A DNA stretch of 64,000 nt from Bacteroidota bacterium. Its GTDB lineage: Bacteria > Bacteroidota > Bacteroidia > SXHM01. Location of the stretch: NCBI GenBank assembly GCA_947479755.1, contig CANKAM010000008.1, forward strand, positions 37,880 to 101,879, read 5' to 3'. Below, piece by piece: positions 37,993 to 47,987 of the stretch. A program made the position numbers and the translations under genes. Under the pieces are notes generated by a model, which was not told the origin of the DNA, did not search any database, and worked only from the letters and a program-made list of their open reading frames with translations. Position 1 is the stretch's first letter. Each line of letters begins with the position of its first letter.

Positions 37993-38606
37993 CAGCTTTC
38001 TAAGAAATTCTTGTAAACCAACATTCCGTATTTGTGACTTTTCTCAGGATGAAATTGCATTCCTGTTATATTTTCTTTTGAAAATCCTGATGAAAATTCA
38101 TATCCGTATTCTGTTGTGGTGAGCGTGTCAGCTTCATTGTCTAATTGAAAGTGGTAGGAGTGAACAAAATAAAATTTTGGGTTCTCGTACATGTTGTTAA
38201 AAGCAGGATTTTGTTTTTTTACATCAACCTGATTCCAGCCCATGTGGGGTATACGCTGGTTGATTTGGCTTTCAGTAAAGCGGAATTTTATCACTTTCCC
38301 TTTTACCCAGTTTAGGCCGGGTAATTTTCCTTCTTCGCTGGCTTCCAGCATCAATTGAGCGCCCAGGCAAATTCCAAGAATGGGCGTTTTGTCCTGAAGA
38401 ACTTTCTTAGTCATTACTTCTGAAATGCCAAGTCGGTTAAGATTTTCCATGCCGTTGTCAAATGAGCCTACACCTGGAAGGATCAGCTTTCCGGCTTTAT
38501 CAATTAATGATAAATCGGATGTAACGGTGCAGGTATGTCCCACCTTTTTAATGATGTTGGCAACTGAGCCAAGGTTTCCCATTCCGTAATCTATAACGAC
38601 TATCAT
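37992..38606 (-). CDS. HisH-like glutamine amidotransferase subunit paralog (WbuY-type)
   Basis: It has MIVVIDYGMGNLGSV, the GICLGAQ catalytic Cys, and a HSY motif, and it is coupled to the HisF-like gene. Confidence 0.8.
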   Translation of the reverse strand: MIVVIDYGMGNLGSVANIIKKVGHTCTVTSDLSLIDKAGKLILPGVGSFDNGMENLNRLGISEVMTKKVLQDKTPILGICLGAQLMLEASEEGKLPGLNWVKGKVIKFRFTESQINQRIPHMGWNQVDVKKQNPAFNNMYENPKFYFVHSYHFQLDNEADTLTTTEYGYEFSSGFSKENITGMQFHPEKSHKYGMLVYKNFLES

Positions 38607-38658
38607 AATTTAGAAGCAAGAATTAAGAAGCAAGAAACAGGAATTGAACACGGTAAAA

Positions 38659-39084
38659 TTATGCTTTTAGTTTCAGTTGTTTTTTACCGTAATCAATCAC
38701 TGCTTTAAAGTTGACCAATATTTCACCACCAAGAACACCGTCAATAGTTCCAAGTCCTATTTTTTCATAGCTTTCATTCACATGTTTCAAGTCAAGAAGA
38801 ATGGCTTCAAAATTTTCAATTTCCAACTTGCCTATTTTCACTTTCTTTAAAATAGTATTATGGCTTTGCATGGTGTTGGTGCCAAGTCCGGTGCTCAGTT
38901 GATTGTTTTTTCCGAATTTCTTTTTACTTGTAAATTTTGAAATGCTGTTAATGTCAAACACCGTTCGTGAAGCGCCTGTATCCACAAGCATATTGGCTTT
39001 CTTCCCGTTTATTTTAACCACTATTAAAAGATGAGTACCGTTACCTTCAATGGCTAAAAATTTAAGAGGAATTAGTTCAGTCAT
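38659..39084 (-). CDS. Retropepsin-like (clan AA) aspartic protease domain protein
   Basis: The MLVDTGASRTVF active-site motif and a later IDGVLGGEIL flap/dimer region are present. It is 141 aa with no signal peptide. Confidence 0.6.
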   Translation of the reverse strand: MTELIPLKFLAIEGNGTHLLIVVKINGKKANMLVDTGASRTVFDINSISKFTSKKKFGKNNQLSTGLGTNTMQSHNTILKKVKIGKLEIENFEAILLDLKHVNESYEKIGLGTIDGVLGGEILVNFKAVIDYGKKQLKLKA

Positions 39085-39098
39085 AGCACTTCTTTAAA

Positions 39099-39131
39099 CT
39101 AAAAAGGATGGCGCAAATCTACGCCATCCTT
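39099..39131 (-). terminator. Intrinsic terminator of mdh
   Basis: The stem AAGGATGGCG-caaatcta-CGCCATCCTT is followed, on the minus strand, by a U-run, about 20 nt after the mdh stop. Confidence 0.75.
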
Positions 39132-39151
39132 TACAAATCCAGTTATTTAAA

Positions 39152-40090
39152 TTAAGCAACAACTTTCATGTTGTCCAGCACTTCCATTACTTCTTTCACT
39201 GCTTTTGCAGAAGCGTCCAGCAATGCTTTTTCTTCAGCATTCAGTTGCAATTCAATAATTTTCTCAATTCCGTTTTTACCAAGAATAACCGGTACACCCA
39301 GATAAATATCTTTCAAACCATATTCGCCATTTAATAAAGCGCAAACAGGGTAAATACGTTTCTGATCGCGAATAATTGCTTCAACCATTTGTGCCGCTGC
39401 AGCTCCCGGAGCATACCAAGCAGAAGTTCCTAGCAGATTTACGATTTCACCGCCACCAACTTTTGCGCGTTGAATAATAGCATCTAATTTATCTTTTGCA
39501 ACCAGTTCGGTAACCGGAATTCCGGCAACGGTTGTATAACGTGGCAGCGGAACCATTGTGTCTCCATGTCCTCCCATCAATACTGCCTGAATATCTTTTG
39601 GTGAGCAGCCGATTTCAGTTGCAAGAAAAGCGCGGTAACGGGCAGTATCCAATATTCCAGCCATACCAAATACTTTAGAAGAGTCAACCTTTGCGGTAAG
39701 ATAAGCGCAGTAGGTCATTACATCAAGCGGGTTTGAAACCACAATAATTTTGGCATCAGGCGAATATTTAATTACGTTTTCGGTTACCGATTTTACAATG
39801 CCTGCGTTTGTTGCAATTAAATCATCGCGTGTCATTCCCGGCTTGCGTGGAAGACCTGATGTAATAACAACCACTTCTGAACCTGCTGTTTTTTCATAAT
39901 CGTTGGTAACGCCAATGGTGCGTGTATCATACAGATTGATAGGAGATGTTTGCCAGATATCTAAAGCTTTTCCTTCGGCAAAATTTGGTTTGATATCAAC
40001 CAACACAACTTCGTTTACAATATCTTTTTGGGCTAATACATCGGCACAGGTGGCGCCCACATTGCCTGCTCCTACTACGGTAACTTTCAT
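39152..40090 (-). CDS. mdh: Malate dehydrogenase (LDH-like family)
   Basis: MKVTVVGAGNVGATCA, GLPRKPGMTRDDL, and MGGHGDTMVP are present, and the length is 312 aa. Confidence 0.95.
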   Translation of the reverse strand: MKVTVVGAGNVGATCADVLAQKDIVNEVVLVDIKPNFAEGKALDIWQTSPINLYDTRTIGVTNDYEKTAGSEVVVITSGLPRKPGMTRDDLIATNAGIVKSVTENVIKYSPDAKIIVVSNPLDVMTYCAYLTAKVDSSKVFGMAGILDTARYRAFLATEIGCSPKDIQAVLMGGHGDTMVPLPRYTTVAGIPVTELVAKDKLDAIIQRAKVGGGEIVNLLGTSAWYAPGAAAAQMVEAIIRDQKRIYPVCALLNGEYGLKDIYLGVPVILGKNGIEKIIELQLNAEEKALLDASAKAVKEVMEVLDNMKVVA

Positions 40091-40221
40091 TTTATTTTTG
40101 GGATTAATTGTTTTCGGGGCGCTAAATTAGAAACTATATTCATTAGTTGGAATGTTTGAAGGTTGGAAAGTTGAAAGTTTTTGAAACTACCTTATACACA
40201 CTAATTCCGCAACTTTTCCGT

Positions 40222-40229
40222 TACATTTG
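40222..40229 (+). promoter_or_regulatory. Candidate -7 box (TAnnTTTG)
   Basis: TACATTTG ends 21 nt before the ATG at 40251. This is why I prefer 40251 over the TTG at 40227 as the start. Confidence 0.4.
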
Positions 40230-40250
40230 TGTATAAGTTCCGCTTCTATT

Positions 40251-41927
40251 ATGCAACAATTCAATTTCTTTATTTCTTTATTTGCTCTGCGGAGATTGGT
40301 TTGCGCTTTTTACTTATTACATTTCACATCTTACATAAGTGCGCAAACCCCCACCGATCAGGACTGTGGTGGCGCTATTCCTGTTTGTCAGGAAGTTTAT
40401 AATCAGGCAAATTCATACAGTGGTGAAGGAAATATTCTCGGTGAAATTGATCCGGATAGTTCTTGTCTTGGAGTAGGAGAGAGGAATTGCGTTTGGTACA
40501 CTATGACTATTCAGCAAGATGGTTTATTAAACTTTACTATCACTCCAAATAGTTCTAATGATGATTATGATTGGGCAGTATTTAATCTTACTAATGCTTC
40601 TTGTGCTGATATTGCTTTAGATGCTAGTCTGCAAGCAAGTTGTAATTTTTCAGGTAACACGGGAAATAATGGAATTACCGGACCCAACGGACAAACTACG
40701 GGCATAGGTTCATCGCAAAATGAAGATCCTATTCCGGTTTTAGCAGGAGAGACTTATTATGTTTATGTAGGGAATTTTAATTCCTCGCAATCGGGCTACA
40801 CGCTGGATATGACTGCCAGTACAGCCACTATTTTTGATAACGTTACTCCAACACTTAAAACTATTACTGCACCTGTTTTCTGCACGGATAATTCTGTATC
40901 GTTTGAATTCTCTGAAAATATGTTGTGTTCCACTGTTAGCCAGGCAGATTTTGCATTGGTTGGACCGGGCGGACCTTATACCGTAACTGGTTTTACAGGC
41001 GGTGCCTGTGATTTAGGCGCCAACTTTGAACGTGATTTTTCGCTTACGTTCAGTCCTGCAATATCTTCGGGTGGAACCTATACGTTGCAGATTGCAGGCA
41101 GCGTTACTGACCTTTGCGGAAATGAAGCTCCCATTGGTTCGGGACTTGATTTTGATATCACGGCCATACCGCTTGATTCGCTGGTAACGCCTGACCTGTG
41201 CGGAGCAGGTGTTGGCACAGCAACGGTTATTACTCCACTTGGTGGCGGACCATTCAGCTATTTGTGGAGCCCCAATGTTTCCAATATCGATGTGGCAACT
41301 AATCTTGCGGCAGGAACTTACACTGTTACCGTTAGCGATATCGGTGGCGGCTGTCCGCAAAACATTGAAATTGTTGTGCCTGCAACACCTTCGCCTGTAG
41401 CATCTTTTAGGGCTAACCCACTTAAGATGTCTTACCTTGACCCGTATTGCGAGTTTACCGAGAATTCAAACGGTTCAATAACCTGGCTTTGGGATTTTGG
41501 TGATGGCAGCAACACCGAAACTATTCAAAACCCTGTGCATACTTTTCCGGGAACGGGAGATTTTCCTGTAACGCTTACCATTACTAATGCTGACGGCTGT
41601 ACCGATGATACCACCATTATGGTGACGGTTACCTTTCTCTCAACTATTTATATCCCCAATGCTTTTTCGCCCGGCAGAGGTTTGCTCAACGATACCTTTG
41701 GACCAACGGGCGAGGGCATAGCCGAGAACAATTTTAACATGCGCATTTTCGACCGCTGGGGAAGACAGTTATTCTATTCCTATACTCCCTTGCTGCAATG
41801 GGATGGTACCGATGCCGCCACCGGAAAAATGCTGCCACAAGGTGTATATGTTTACAACATCAGCCTGTTTGATTTGAATGGGGAATTGCATGAGTATATA
41901 GGCTCGGTTACGCTGCTGGAGCGGTAA
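40251..41927 (+). CDS. Secreted multidomain protein with PKD domain and T9SS type-B (gliding-associated) C-terminal domain
   Basis: A signal peptide ends ...ISAQ. A PKD-like region is present (WLWDFGDGS...NPVHTF...VTLTITNADGC). The C-terminus IYIPNAFSPG...NDTF...FDRWGRQLF...WDGT...GVYVY is the type-B CTD signature. Confidence 0.75.
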   Translation: MQQFNFFISLFALRRLVCAFYLLHFTSYISAQTPTDQDCGGAIPVCQEVYNQANSYSGEGNILGEIDPDSSCLGVGERNCVWYTMTIQQDGLLNFTITPNSSNDDYDWAVFNLTNASCADIALDASLQASCNFSGNTGNNGITGPNGQTTGIGSSQNEDPIPVLAGETYYVYVGNFNSSQSGYTLDMTASTATIFDNVTPTLKTITAPVFCTDNSVSFEFSENMLCSTVSQADFALVGPGGPYTVTGFTGGACDLGANFERDFSLTFSPAISSGGTYTLQIAGSVTDLCGNEAPIGSGLDFDITAIPLDSLVTPDLCGAGVGTATVITPLGGGPFSYLWSPNVSNIDVATNLAAGTYTVTVSDIGGGCPQNIEIVVPATPSPVASFRANPLKMSYLDPYCEFTENSNGSITWLWDFGDGSNTETIQNPVHTFPGTGDFPVTLTITNADGCTDDTTIMVTVTFLSTIYIPNAFSPGRGLLNDTFGPTGEGIAENNFNMRIFDRWGRQLFYSYTPLLQWDGTDAATGKMLPQGVYVYNISLFDLNGELHEYIGSVTLLER

Positions 41928-41991
41928 ATCCTGATTTTAGTCCTGATGCACTAGCTTTTTTACTACATTCGCCACTCCAAAAAAACCAACA

Positions 41992-43677
41992 ATGTTTAAC
42001 CAAACCTTCCGCAACTTAGGCCGCATGCGCGAGATACTTGCCATCTTGGTAAAGTATGGGTTTGAAGACATTGTAACCAATTCAACGCTGCGCAATTTTG
42101 TTTCGGAAACCCGCAGACACTCGTGGCTGAGGCAGGAAAAACCCGTGTTTGAATACACCCGCTATGAGCGCATACGCATGGCAGCCGAAGAACTGGGTCC
42201 AACGTTTATAAAGTTGGCGCAGGTGCTCAGTATTCGTCCCGATATAATGCCCGAGCCGCTTATCAAGGAATTTGAAAAACTGCAGGATCGTGTTCCGCCT
42301 TTTCCTTTTGAACAAGCCAAAAAAATTATTGAAAAAGAGTTGGGCTGCCCCATCAGCGAAGTGTTTTCAGAGTTTAACGAAAAGCCGTTGGCATCCGCTT
42401 CCATAGGTCAGGTACACAAAGCACGATTAAAAACCGGGCAGGAAGTAGTAGTAAAAGTGCAGCGCCCCGAAGTAGCAGAAATAGTAGAGCGCGATCTTGC
42501 CATCATAAAAGATGTGGTGCAGCGTGCCGACCGCTACCTTAAAAAACAGGGAGTACTCAATGCTCCTGATGTTGTCCGCGCCTTCGACCGCAGCATAACC
42601 AAAGAACTGGACTATAACAACGAAGCACGAAACATCGAACGCTTCCGCAATTTCTATAAAAGCTACAAAAACTTCTACATACCCCGCGCATACCGCGAGT
42701 TTTCAACCGGCAAAATTTTGATAATTGAGTATGCTGATGGCTGCAAGATAAACGACATGGTGCAGCTAAAGGCTTGGGGATTAGACCCACGCAAAGTGGC
42801 TGAAAACGGCATGGATATTTACCTTACTCAGATTTTTGAGTTCGGGCTTTTTCATGCCGACCCGCATCCCGGAAACGTAATGGTGCGCAGAGATGGCGTT
42901 ATCTGTTTGATTGATTTTGGAATGACGGGGCAACTGATGCCGAAAGACAAACAGTCCTTTGCGGGGATTTTCGTCAGCATGTCGCAGCAAGATGCCAAGC
43001 GAATGGCTAATGCGCTGAAAAAGCTTTCCATCTCCGATAATATTGACGACATGCGTGCCTTTCAGTACGACCTGAACGAGATCATTGAAGATTTTATAGG
43101 CCTTGATGTGAGTGAAAGCAGCATAACCGACATGGTAACACGCCTGCAAAAGGTAATGTTCGATTACAAGATTGTTGTTCCCGGAAGTGTGTTTTTGGTC
43201 TTCCGTGCCTTCGCCATACTCGAAGGAATAGGAAAACAGATTCATCCGCATTTCAATACCTACGAGTTTATTCGTCCTTACGGAAAAAAGATAATTGAAG
43301 AACAGTTCTCGCCCAAAAATATACTGAATGAAGTAGCCTACCGTGCCGAGCAGATGACCGATTTTGCAAGTGGACTTCCGCGCGACATGAAGGAGCTCAT
43401 CACCAAACTCAAAAAAGGAAAAATACATTTTGAGATAGAGCATCAGGGCTATGGCTATCTGCTTAAAAAATGGGATAGCCTTACCAACCGCATTGTAATT
43501 ACGATGCTTATTTTTGCGTTCATCATAGGTTCAGCTATATCCATGACAGCAAATTGGGGGCCCGATATGCCCCGTGAATATGGCATTCCTGTAATAAGTC
43601 TTTACGGTTTAATTTGTGCAGCTGTCCTGGGCCTAATGCTCTTTTATTCGGTGCTGAGAAGACGGGTGTATAAGTAG
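41992..43677 (+). CDS. ABC1/UbiB-family atypical kinase
   Basis: ASASIGQVHKARLKTGQEVVVKVQRP and FHADPHPGN motifs are present, along with two C-terminal TM helices. Confidence 0.85.
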   Translation: MFNQTFRNLGRMREILAILVKYGFEDIVTNSTLRNFVSETRRHSWLRQEKPVFEYTRYERIRMAAEELGPTFIKLAQVLSIRPDIMPEPLIKEFEKLQDRVPPFPFEQAKKIIEKELGCPISEVFSEFNEKPLASASIGQVHKARLKTGQEVVVKVQRPEVAEIVERDLAIIKDVVQRADRYLKKQGVLNAPDVVRAFDRSITKELDYNNEARNIERFRNFYKSYKNFYIPRAYREFSTGKILIIEYADGCKINDMVQLKAWGLDPRKVAENGMDIYLTQIFEFGLFHADPHPGNVMVRRDGVICLIDFGMTGQLMPKDKQSFAGIFVSMSQQDAKRMANALKKLSISDNIDDMRAFQYDLNEIIEDFIGLDVSESSITDMVTRLQKVMFDYKIVVPGSVFLVFRAFAILEGIGKQIHPHFNTYEFIRPYGKKIIEEQFSPKNILNEVAYRAEQMTDFASGLPRDMKELITKLKKGKIHFEIEHQGYGYLLKKWDSLTNRIVITMLIFAFIIGSAISMTANWGPDMPREYGIPVISLYGLICAAVLGLMLFYSVLRRRVYK

Positions 43678-43683
43678 GAGGCT

Positions 43684-43771
43684 CGTCATTGCGAGCGCAG
43701 CAATCTCTGATTGCAAATTACTGAATACCATTATCAGATTGCTTCGGTCGTCCCTCCCTCGCAATGACGGG
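43684..43771. repeat. Interspersed palindromic element, family B (copy 1 of 3)
   Basis: The sequence is CGTCATTGCGAG...GCAATCTC...AGATTGCTTCG...CTCGCAATGACG, with 12-bp perfect outer inverted repeats. It fills the gap between two convergent genes. Confidence 0.85.
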
Positions 43772-44383
43772 TTACAACAAATACACCAACACCACCTGCA
43801 AAATCCCAATAATAAGCCCGATTAGGCCACCGATATATTCTATAAATTTAAATTCTTTTTTCAGAATATTATTCAACATTTCCTCTAATCTGTCGGGCGG
43901 AAGTGCTGCTACTTTTTTTCTTACAATTTCTTCAATGTTCAGCGAAGCCTCAATATTCTGAACATACCGTTCAATTATTTCAGGAGCTACTTTTTCCACT
44001 TCCAGAATAAGGTCGTCTTTTATTTTGTTCTTTCTATTTTTGCCAACAAAAATGGAAGTGATCGGATAGTTTTTGGGGAAGGTAACGTTGAGGTATTCGT
44101 CAATTTTCACTTCCACTTCATTGCGGATAGTATCAAGATTATCTGGATGTTCTATGTGTGCACGAATATCCTTAGCTGAAAATAATTCGTTAGAAACCAT
44201 ACTGCCGATTCGCTCAGCAACCCTCTTCTGATTTTTTGGAAAAACACCTTGAATTTTAATGAATAGAAACTTCACTTCCTTCTTCGGGCGGAACAACATA
44301 ATAATGGCAATCCAGTTGGTGAACCATCCAATCAATGCTGAAATAACCGGAATAAGAATAATGTTGAGCCAGTTGGTTTCCAT
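43772..44383 (-). CDS. DUF445-like membrane protein
   Basis: IGWFTNWIAIIMLFRP near the N-terminus and a C-terminal TM helix fit the DUF445 pattern as I recall it. Confidence 0.55.
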   Translation of the reverse strand: METNWLNIILIPVISALIGWFTNWIAIIMLFRPKKEVKFLFIKIQGVFPKNQKRVAERIGSMVSNELFSAKDIRAHIEHPDNLDTIRNEVEVKIDEYLNVTFPKNYPITSIFVGKNRKNKIKDDLILEVEKVAPEIIERYVQNIEASLNIEEIVRKKVAALPPDRLEEMLNNILKKEFKFIEYIGGLIGLIIGILQVVLVYLL

Positions 44384-44493
44384 GAGCAGTATTATTTAGC
44401 ATAAAGGTAGATGCCCTGCCGATATTCAACTATGATTAGTATCACTAATTTTCAACAAAGCTCTTGAAAAACTTTTATTCCGATATTAGCCCA

Positions 44494-45489
44494 ATGAAAA
44501 CACTTAAATGGATTGGAATTATATTCTTGCTGCTTGTTGCAGTTTACCGTGCAGGACCAACACCCGAAAAATTTATTCCTGATACATCTCTTGCTTCAAT
44601 TACTGCTGATGCAGTCACACTTGAAAAGCAGATTGCAGAAAAAGAAAATGCTTTTAAAACCCTGCGTCCCGATAATGAAGCGAGGATTATCTGGGCAGAT
44701 AGTTCCAAAACAAAAACCCCATGGAGCATTGTTTTTATGCACGGTTTTTCTGCTTCATGGCGCGAAGGTGATCCTGTAGTTTTTGATTTAGCAAAGCGCT
44801 ATGGCTGCAATGTTTTTCTTCCGCGCCTTTACGGACATGGTTTAGATACAGCGGAGTGCATGGTAAATCTAACTGCTGAAAAACTGCTAGGAAGTGCTAA
44901 AGAAGCAGTAGCAATTGGCAAAGCGATAGGGGAGAAGGTGCTTGTTATTTCAAGTTCCACTGGTGGAACATTGTCACTCTACCTCGCTTCGGGAAAAGAT
45001 AATATTGATGCCCTGGTATTGTATTCACCTAATGTAAAAATTTATGACCCTACTGCTAAATTGCTTGATAAACCCTGGGGCTTGCAAATTTCAAGAGCCG
45101 TTTTAGGCAGTAAGTATCGGGGTTGGCCGGCACCTGAAGAAAAGAAAAAATATTTTACCAATTATTATCGCCTGGAAGCGTTGATTGGAGTTCAGTCTCT
45201 GATTTCGCATACCATGAAAAAAGAAACGTTTGAAAAAATTACCTGTCCTGTTTTTATAGGTTATTATTATAAAAATGAAGAAGAGCAGGATAAGGTTATA
45301 TCTATCGAAGCTATAAAAGAAATGTATACGCAGTTAACAACTCCTGCAAATCAAAAACGCGAAATTCCTTTTCCTGAAGCTGGAAATCATGTGTTATGTT
45401 ATTATCTGGATTCAAAAGATATTGCCGGTGTGGAACGTGAAACATTTAAGTTTTGTGAAGAGGTGATAGGACTGAAACCGATTCAGTAA
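44494..45489 (+). CDS. Secreted alpha/beta-hydrolase
   Basis: A signal-like N-terminus (MKTLKWIGIIFLLLVAV) starts at the ATG at 44494; the track start at 44464 is TTG. An FMHGFSAS oxyanion region and an SSSTGG nucleophile elbow are present. Confidence 0.6.
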   Translation: MKTLKWIGIIFLLLVAVYRAGPTPEKFIPDTSLASITADAVTLEKQIAEKENAFKTLRPDNEARIIWADSSKTKTPWSIVFMHGFSASWREGDPVVFDLAKRYGCNVFLPRLYGHGLDTAECMVNLTAEKLLGSAKEAVAIGKAIGEKVLVISSSTGGTLSLYLASGKDNIDALVLYSPNVKIYDPTAKLLDKPWGLQISRAVLGSKYRGWPAPEEKKKYFTNYYRLEALIGVQSLISHTMKKETFEKITCPVFIGYYYKNEEEQDKVISIEAIKEMYTQLTTPANQKREIPFPEAGNHVLCYYLDSKDIAGVERETFKFCEEVIGLKPIQ

Positions 45490-46676
45490 TGTCGGAAGAA
45501 AGAGACATATACAAAATTCTAAATGGCCCTCCTGTTTTTAACTGGAGAACATTTCCATATTATGGTTTTGTAAGTATTATGGCTATAAACATTATGGTTT
45601 ATATTGCTATGCTTATTGATGGCGTTTCTTTTTTTGATCCTACCAGTGAGCAGTTAGTGCGCTGGGGCGCTAACTACGGACCCTACACCTTGAAAGATGA
45701 ATGGTGGCGTTTGTTCACCTGCGAGTTTGTACACATTGGTTTCGGACATTTATTTGCCAACATGGTTTCATTCCTTTATGTAGGAATTATTCTTGAACCA
45801 CTCATTGGTACAGTGCGTTTTGTTACTGTTTATCTGCTTGCCACCGTTGCTGCTGCTTTGCTCAGCGTGTGGTGGGATGGTAATGCAATCGGTGCAGGTG
45901 CATCGGGCGCTATATTGGGTATGTATGGAATGATGCTCATGTTCTCAGTAGTAGGAAGAAAAATGTTTGCGCCCGGTGAGTTGGGCGCGTTTTTTATCTG
46001 GGCTGCTTTTGTAATCGGTTTTAATCTGCTTTACGGTCTAAAGGACGGTATTGATAATTCAGCTCACCTTGGCGGAATTTTTTACGGAGTGTTTGCTGCA
46101 CTGGTGTTCTATCCTTCGTATCGCAAAACAGAATCGTTTTCAGTTACGCTGTTAAATGATGTTGTGCTAATTGTTATTTCTATCGGGATTTTTTATTTTG
46201 CTTATCAGCAAATTCCTGCAGGCATGGCTTATTATGATGACAAAATGGAAGCCTTTGATGTCAATCAGGAAATGGCGCTGGCAGTTCTTACACAATACGA
46301 CAGAGACACTTTGGCTTATGAAAAACGAGATTACTATCTCGAACGTTTCAGGCAGGATGGAGTGGAGAGATGGGATAAAACCGTTCTCTCTTTATCAGAA
46401 CTTAATAACCTCCCCGAAAATTACGGAACGCGCGTTGAGTTACTCATGAAATATTCTCTTCTTAGAAAAGAGAGTTGTGAAGTTATTATTAAGAGTCTTG
46501 AAGAGAATACGGGCTACCCGGATGCTGAATTAATTCCGCTTTATGATTCTATGAATGTGGTGATAAAAGAAATTGACCGTATCACCTTTATTATTGATAA
46601 CGGTTATGCTCCTGAACTGGATTCAATTGAAGTTACTCCGGGAGTTAAGGTGACGGATATTGACTTGGGAGAATAG
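45489..46676 (+). CDS. Rhomboid-family intramembrane serine protease with C-terminal soluble domain
   Basis: It has WRLFTCEFVHIGFGHL, the GASGAILG catalytic Ser, and the AHLGG catalytic His. Confidence 0.8.
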   Translation: MSEERDIYKILNGPPVFNWRTFPYYGFVSIMAINIMVYIAMLIDGVSFFDPTSEQLVRWGANYGPYTLKDEWWRLFTCEFVHIGFGHLFANMVSFLYVGIILEPLIGTVRFVTVYLLATVAAALLSVWWDGNAIGAGASGAILGMYGMMLMFSVVGRKMFAPGELGAFFIWAAFVIGFNLLYGLKDGIDNSAHLGGIFYGVFAALVFYPSYRKTESFSVTLLNDVVLIVISIGIFYFAYQQIPAGMAYYDDKMEAFDVNQEMALAVLTQYDRDTLAYEKRDYYLERFRQDGVERWDKTVLSLSELNNLPENYGTRVELLMKYSLLRKESCEVIIKSLEENTGYPDAELIPLYDSMNVVIKEIDRITFIIDNGYAPELDSIEVTPGVKVTDIDLGE

Positions 46677-46689
46677 CATACGGACTTAA

Positions 46690-46751
46690 CGTCATGCTGA
46701 ACTTGTTTCAGCATCTTATAAGAAAGACCCTGAAACAAGTTCAGGGTGACG
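46690..46751. repeat. Interspersed double-hairpin palindromic element, family A (copy 2)
   Basis: The sequence is CGTCATGCTGAACTTGTTTCAGCATC...CCCTGAAACAAGTTCAGGGTGACG. It lies between the convergent rhomboid and sucC 3' ends. Confidence 0.85.
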
Positions 46752-46757
46752 AACGAT

Positions 46758-47948
46758 TTACGCCAACACTTCTTTCACTGCATCCGCAGCTTCCTGCAGC
46801 TGAATAGCAGATTTTACTTTCAATCCAGATTCGTCAATTATTTTTTTCGCTTCTACTGCATTTGTTCCCTGCAGACGAACAATGATAGGAACTTTTATTT
46901 CGCCAATGTTTTTGTAAGCATCAACAATTCCCTGCGCCACACGGTCGCAACGAACAATACCACCAAAAATATTTACCAGAATTGCTTTTACTGTTTCGTC
47001 TTTCAAAATAATACGGAACGCTTTTTCAACACGCGCTGCGTTGGCTGTTCCGCCTACGTCAAGGAAGTTGGCAGGCTCACCACCTGATAGTTTAATGATG
47101 TCCATGGTTGCCATCGCAAGCCCCGCACCGTTTACCATACAGCCCACGTTGCCATCTAATTTCACGTAGTTCAAATCGTTTTCAGAAGCTTCAACTTCGG
47201 TTGGATCTTCTTCGCTTTTGTCGCGCATCGCTGCGTAATCAGGATGACGGAACAAGGCGTTGTCATCAATATTTACCTTTGCATCAACTGCAATAATTTT
47301 ATCATCTGATGTTTTAAGAACCGGATTGATTTCGAACATAGAAGAGTCAGAAGCTACATAGGCTTTGTAAAGTGCTTCAACAAATTTCACCATTTCTTTA
47401 AATGCCTTTCCTGACAAGCCAAGGTTGAAGGCGATTTTACGTGATTGAAATCCTTGTAAACCAACTTTAGGGTCAATCTCTTCTTTGTAGATTTTATCAG
47501 GAGTTGAGTGTGCCACTTCTTCAATATCCATTCCGCCTTCGGTTGAATACATGATGATGTTGCGACCTGTCTGACGGTTTAATAAAACGCTCATGTAAAA
47601 CTCTGCAGTTTTGCTTTCGCCCGGATAGTAAACATCTTCGGCAATCAATACTTTGTTTACCTTTTTTCCTTGCGGACCTGTTTGTGGTGTTATCAGCTGC
47701 ATGCCTATGATGGTGCTTGCCCTTTCCTGAACTTCCTCAATGCTTTTGGCAAGTTTAACACCACCGCCTTTTCCTCTTCCTCCTGCATGTATCTGTGCTT
47801 TTACCACCCACCATGATGTGCCGGTTTCGATGTGTAATTGTTTTGCCGCTTTAACAGCTTCTTCTGGTGTTTCGGCAACAATGCCGCGTTGTATTTGTAC
47901 GCCAAAACTTGCTAAGATGGATTTGCCCTGATATTCGTGGATGTTCAT
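46758..47948 (-). CDS. sucC: Succinate--CoA ligase (ADP-forming) beta subunit
   Basis: The MNIHEYQGKSILASFGV N-terminus and GNVGCMVNGAGLAMATMD are present, and the length is 396 aa. Confidence 0.95.
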   Translation of the reverse strand: MNIHEYQGKSILASFGVQIQRGIVAETPEEAVKAAKQLHIETGTSWWVVKAQIHAGGRGKGGGVKLAKSIEEVQERASTIIGMQLITPQTGPQGKKVNKVLIAEDVYYPGESKTAEFYMSVLLNRQTGRNIIMYSTEGGMDIEEVAHSTPDKIYKEEIDPKVGLQGFQSRKIAFNLGLSGKAFKEMVKFVEALYKAYVASDSSMFEINPVLKTSDDKIIAVDAKVNIDDNALFRHPDYAAMRDKSEEDPTEVEASENDLNYVKLDGNVGCMVNGAGLAMATMDIIKLSGGEPANFLDVGGTANAARVEKAFRIILKDETVKAILVNIFGGIVRCDRVAQGIVDAYKNIGEIKVPIIVRLQGTNAVEAKKIIDESGLKVKSAIQLQEAADAVKEVLA

Positions 47949-47987
47949 AGTATATTGGAAAGATTAAAGATTGAATTGATTGGTCGG

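Noticed and set aside
37231-38606. Histidine-biosynthesis hisH/hisF
   Set aside because: No other his genes are adjacent, and the pair sits at the end of a glycan locus. The WbuY/WbuZ-type paralog interpretation fits better. This needs a whole-genome check.
40227-40250. A TTG start extending the T9SS type-B protein by 8 codons
   Set aside because: A TAnnTTTG box overlaps this stretch (40222-40229) at the usual ~20-nt distance from the ATG at 40251, which also begins a normal signal peptide.
42781-43443. A 220-aa minus-strand ORF, plus several others at 41996-43052
   Set aside because: They lie entirely antisense within the clearly recognisable UbiB/ABC1 kinase gene, and their products have no recognisable features.
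46746-47087. A 113-aa plus-strand ORF
   Set aside because: It is antisense within sucC and starts inside the family A repeat.
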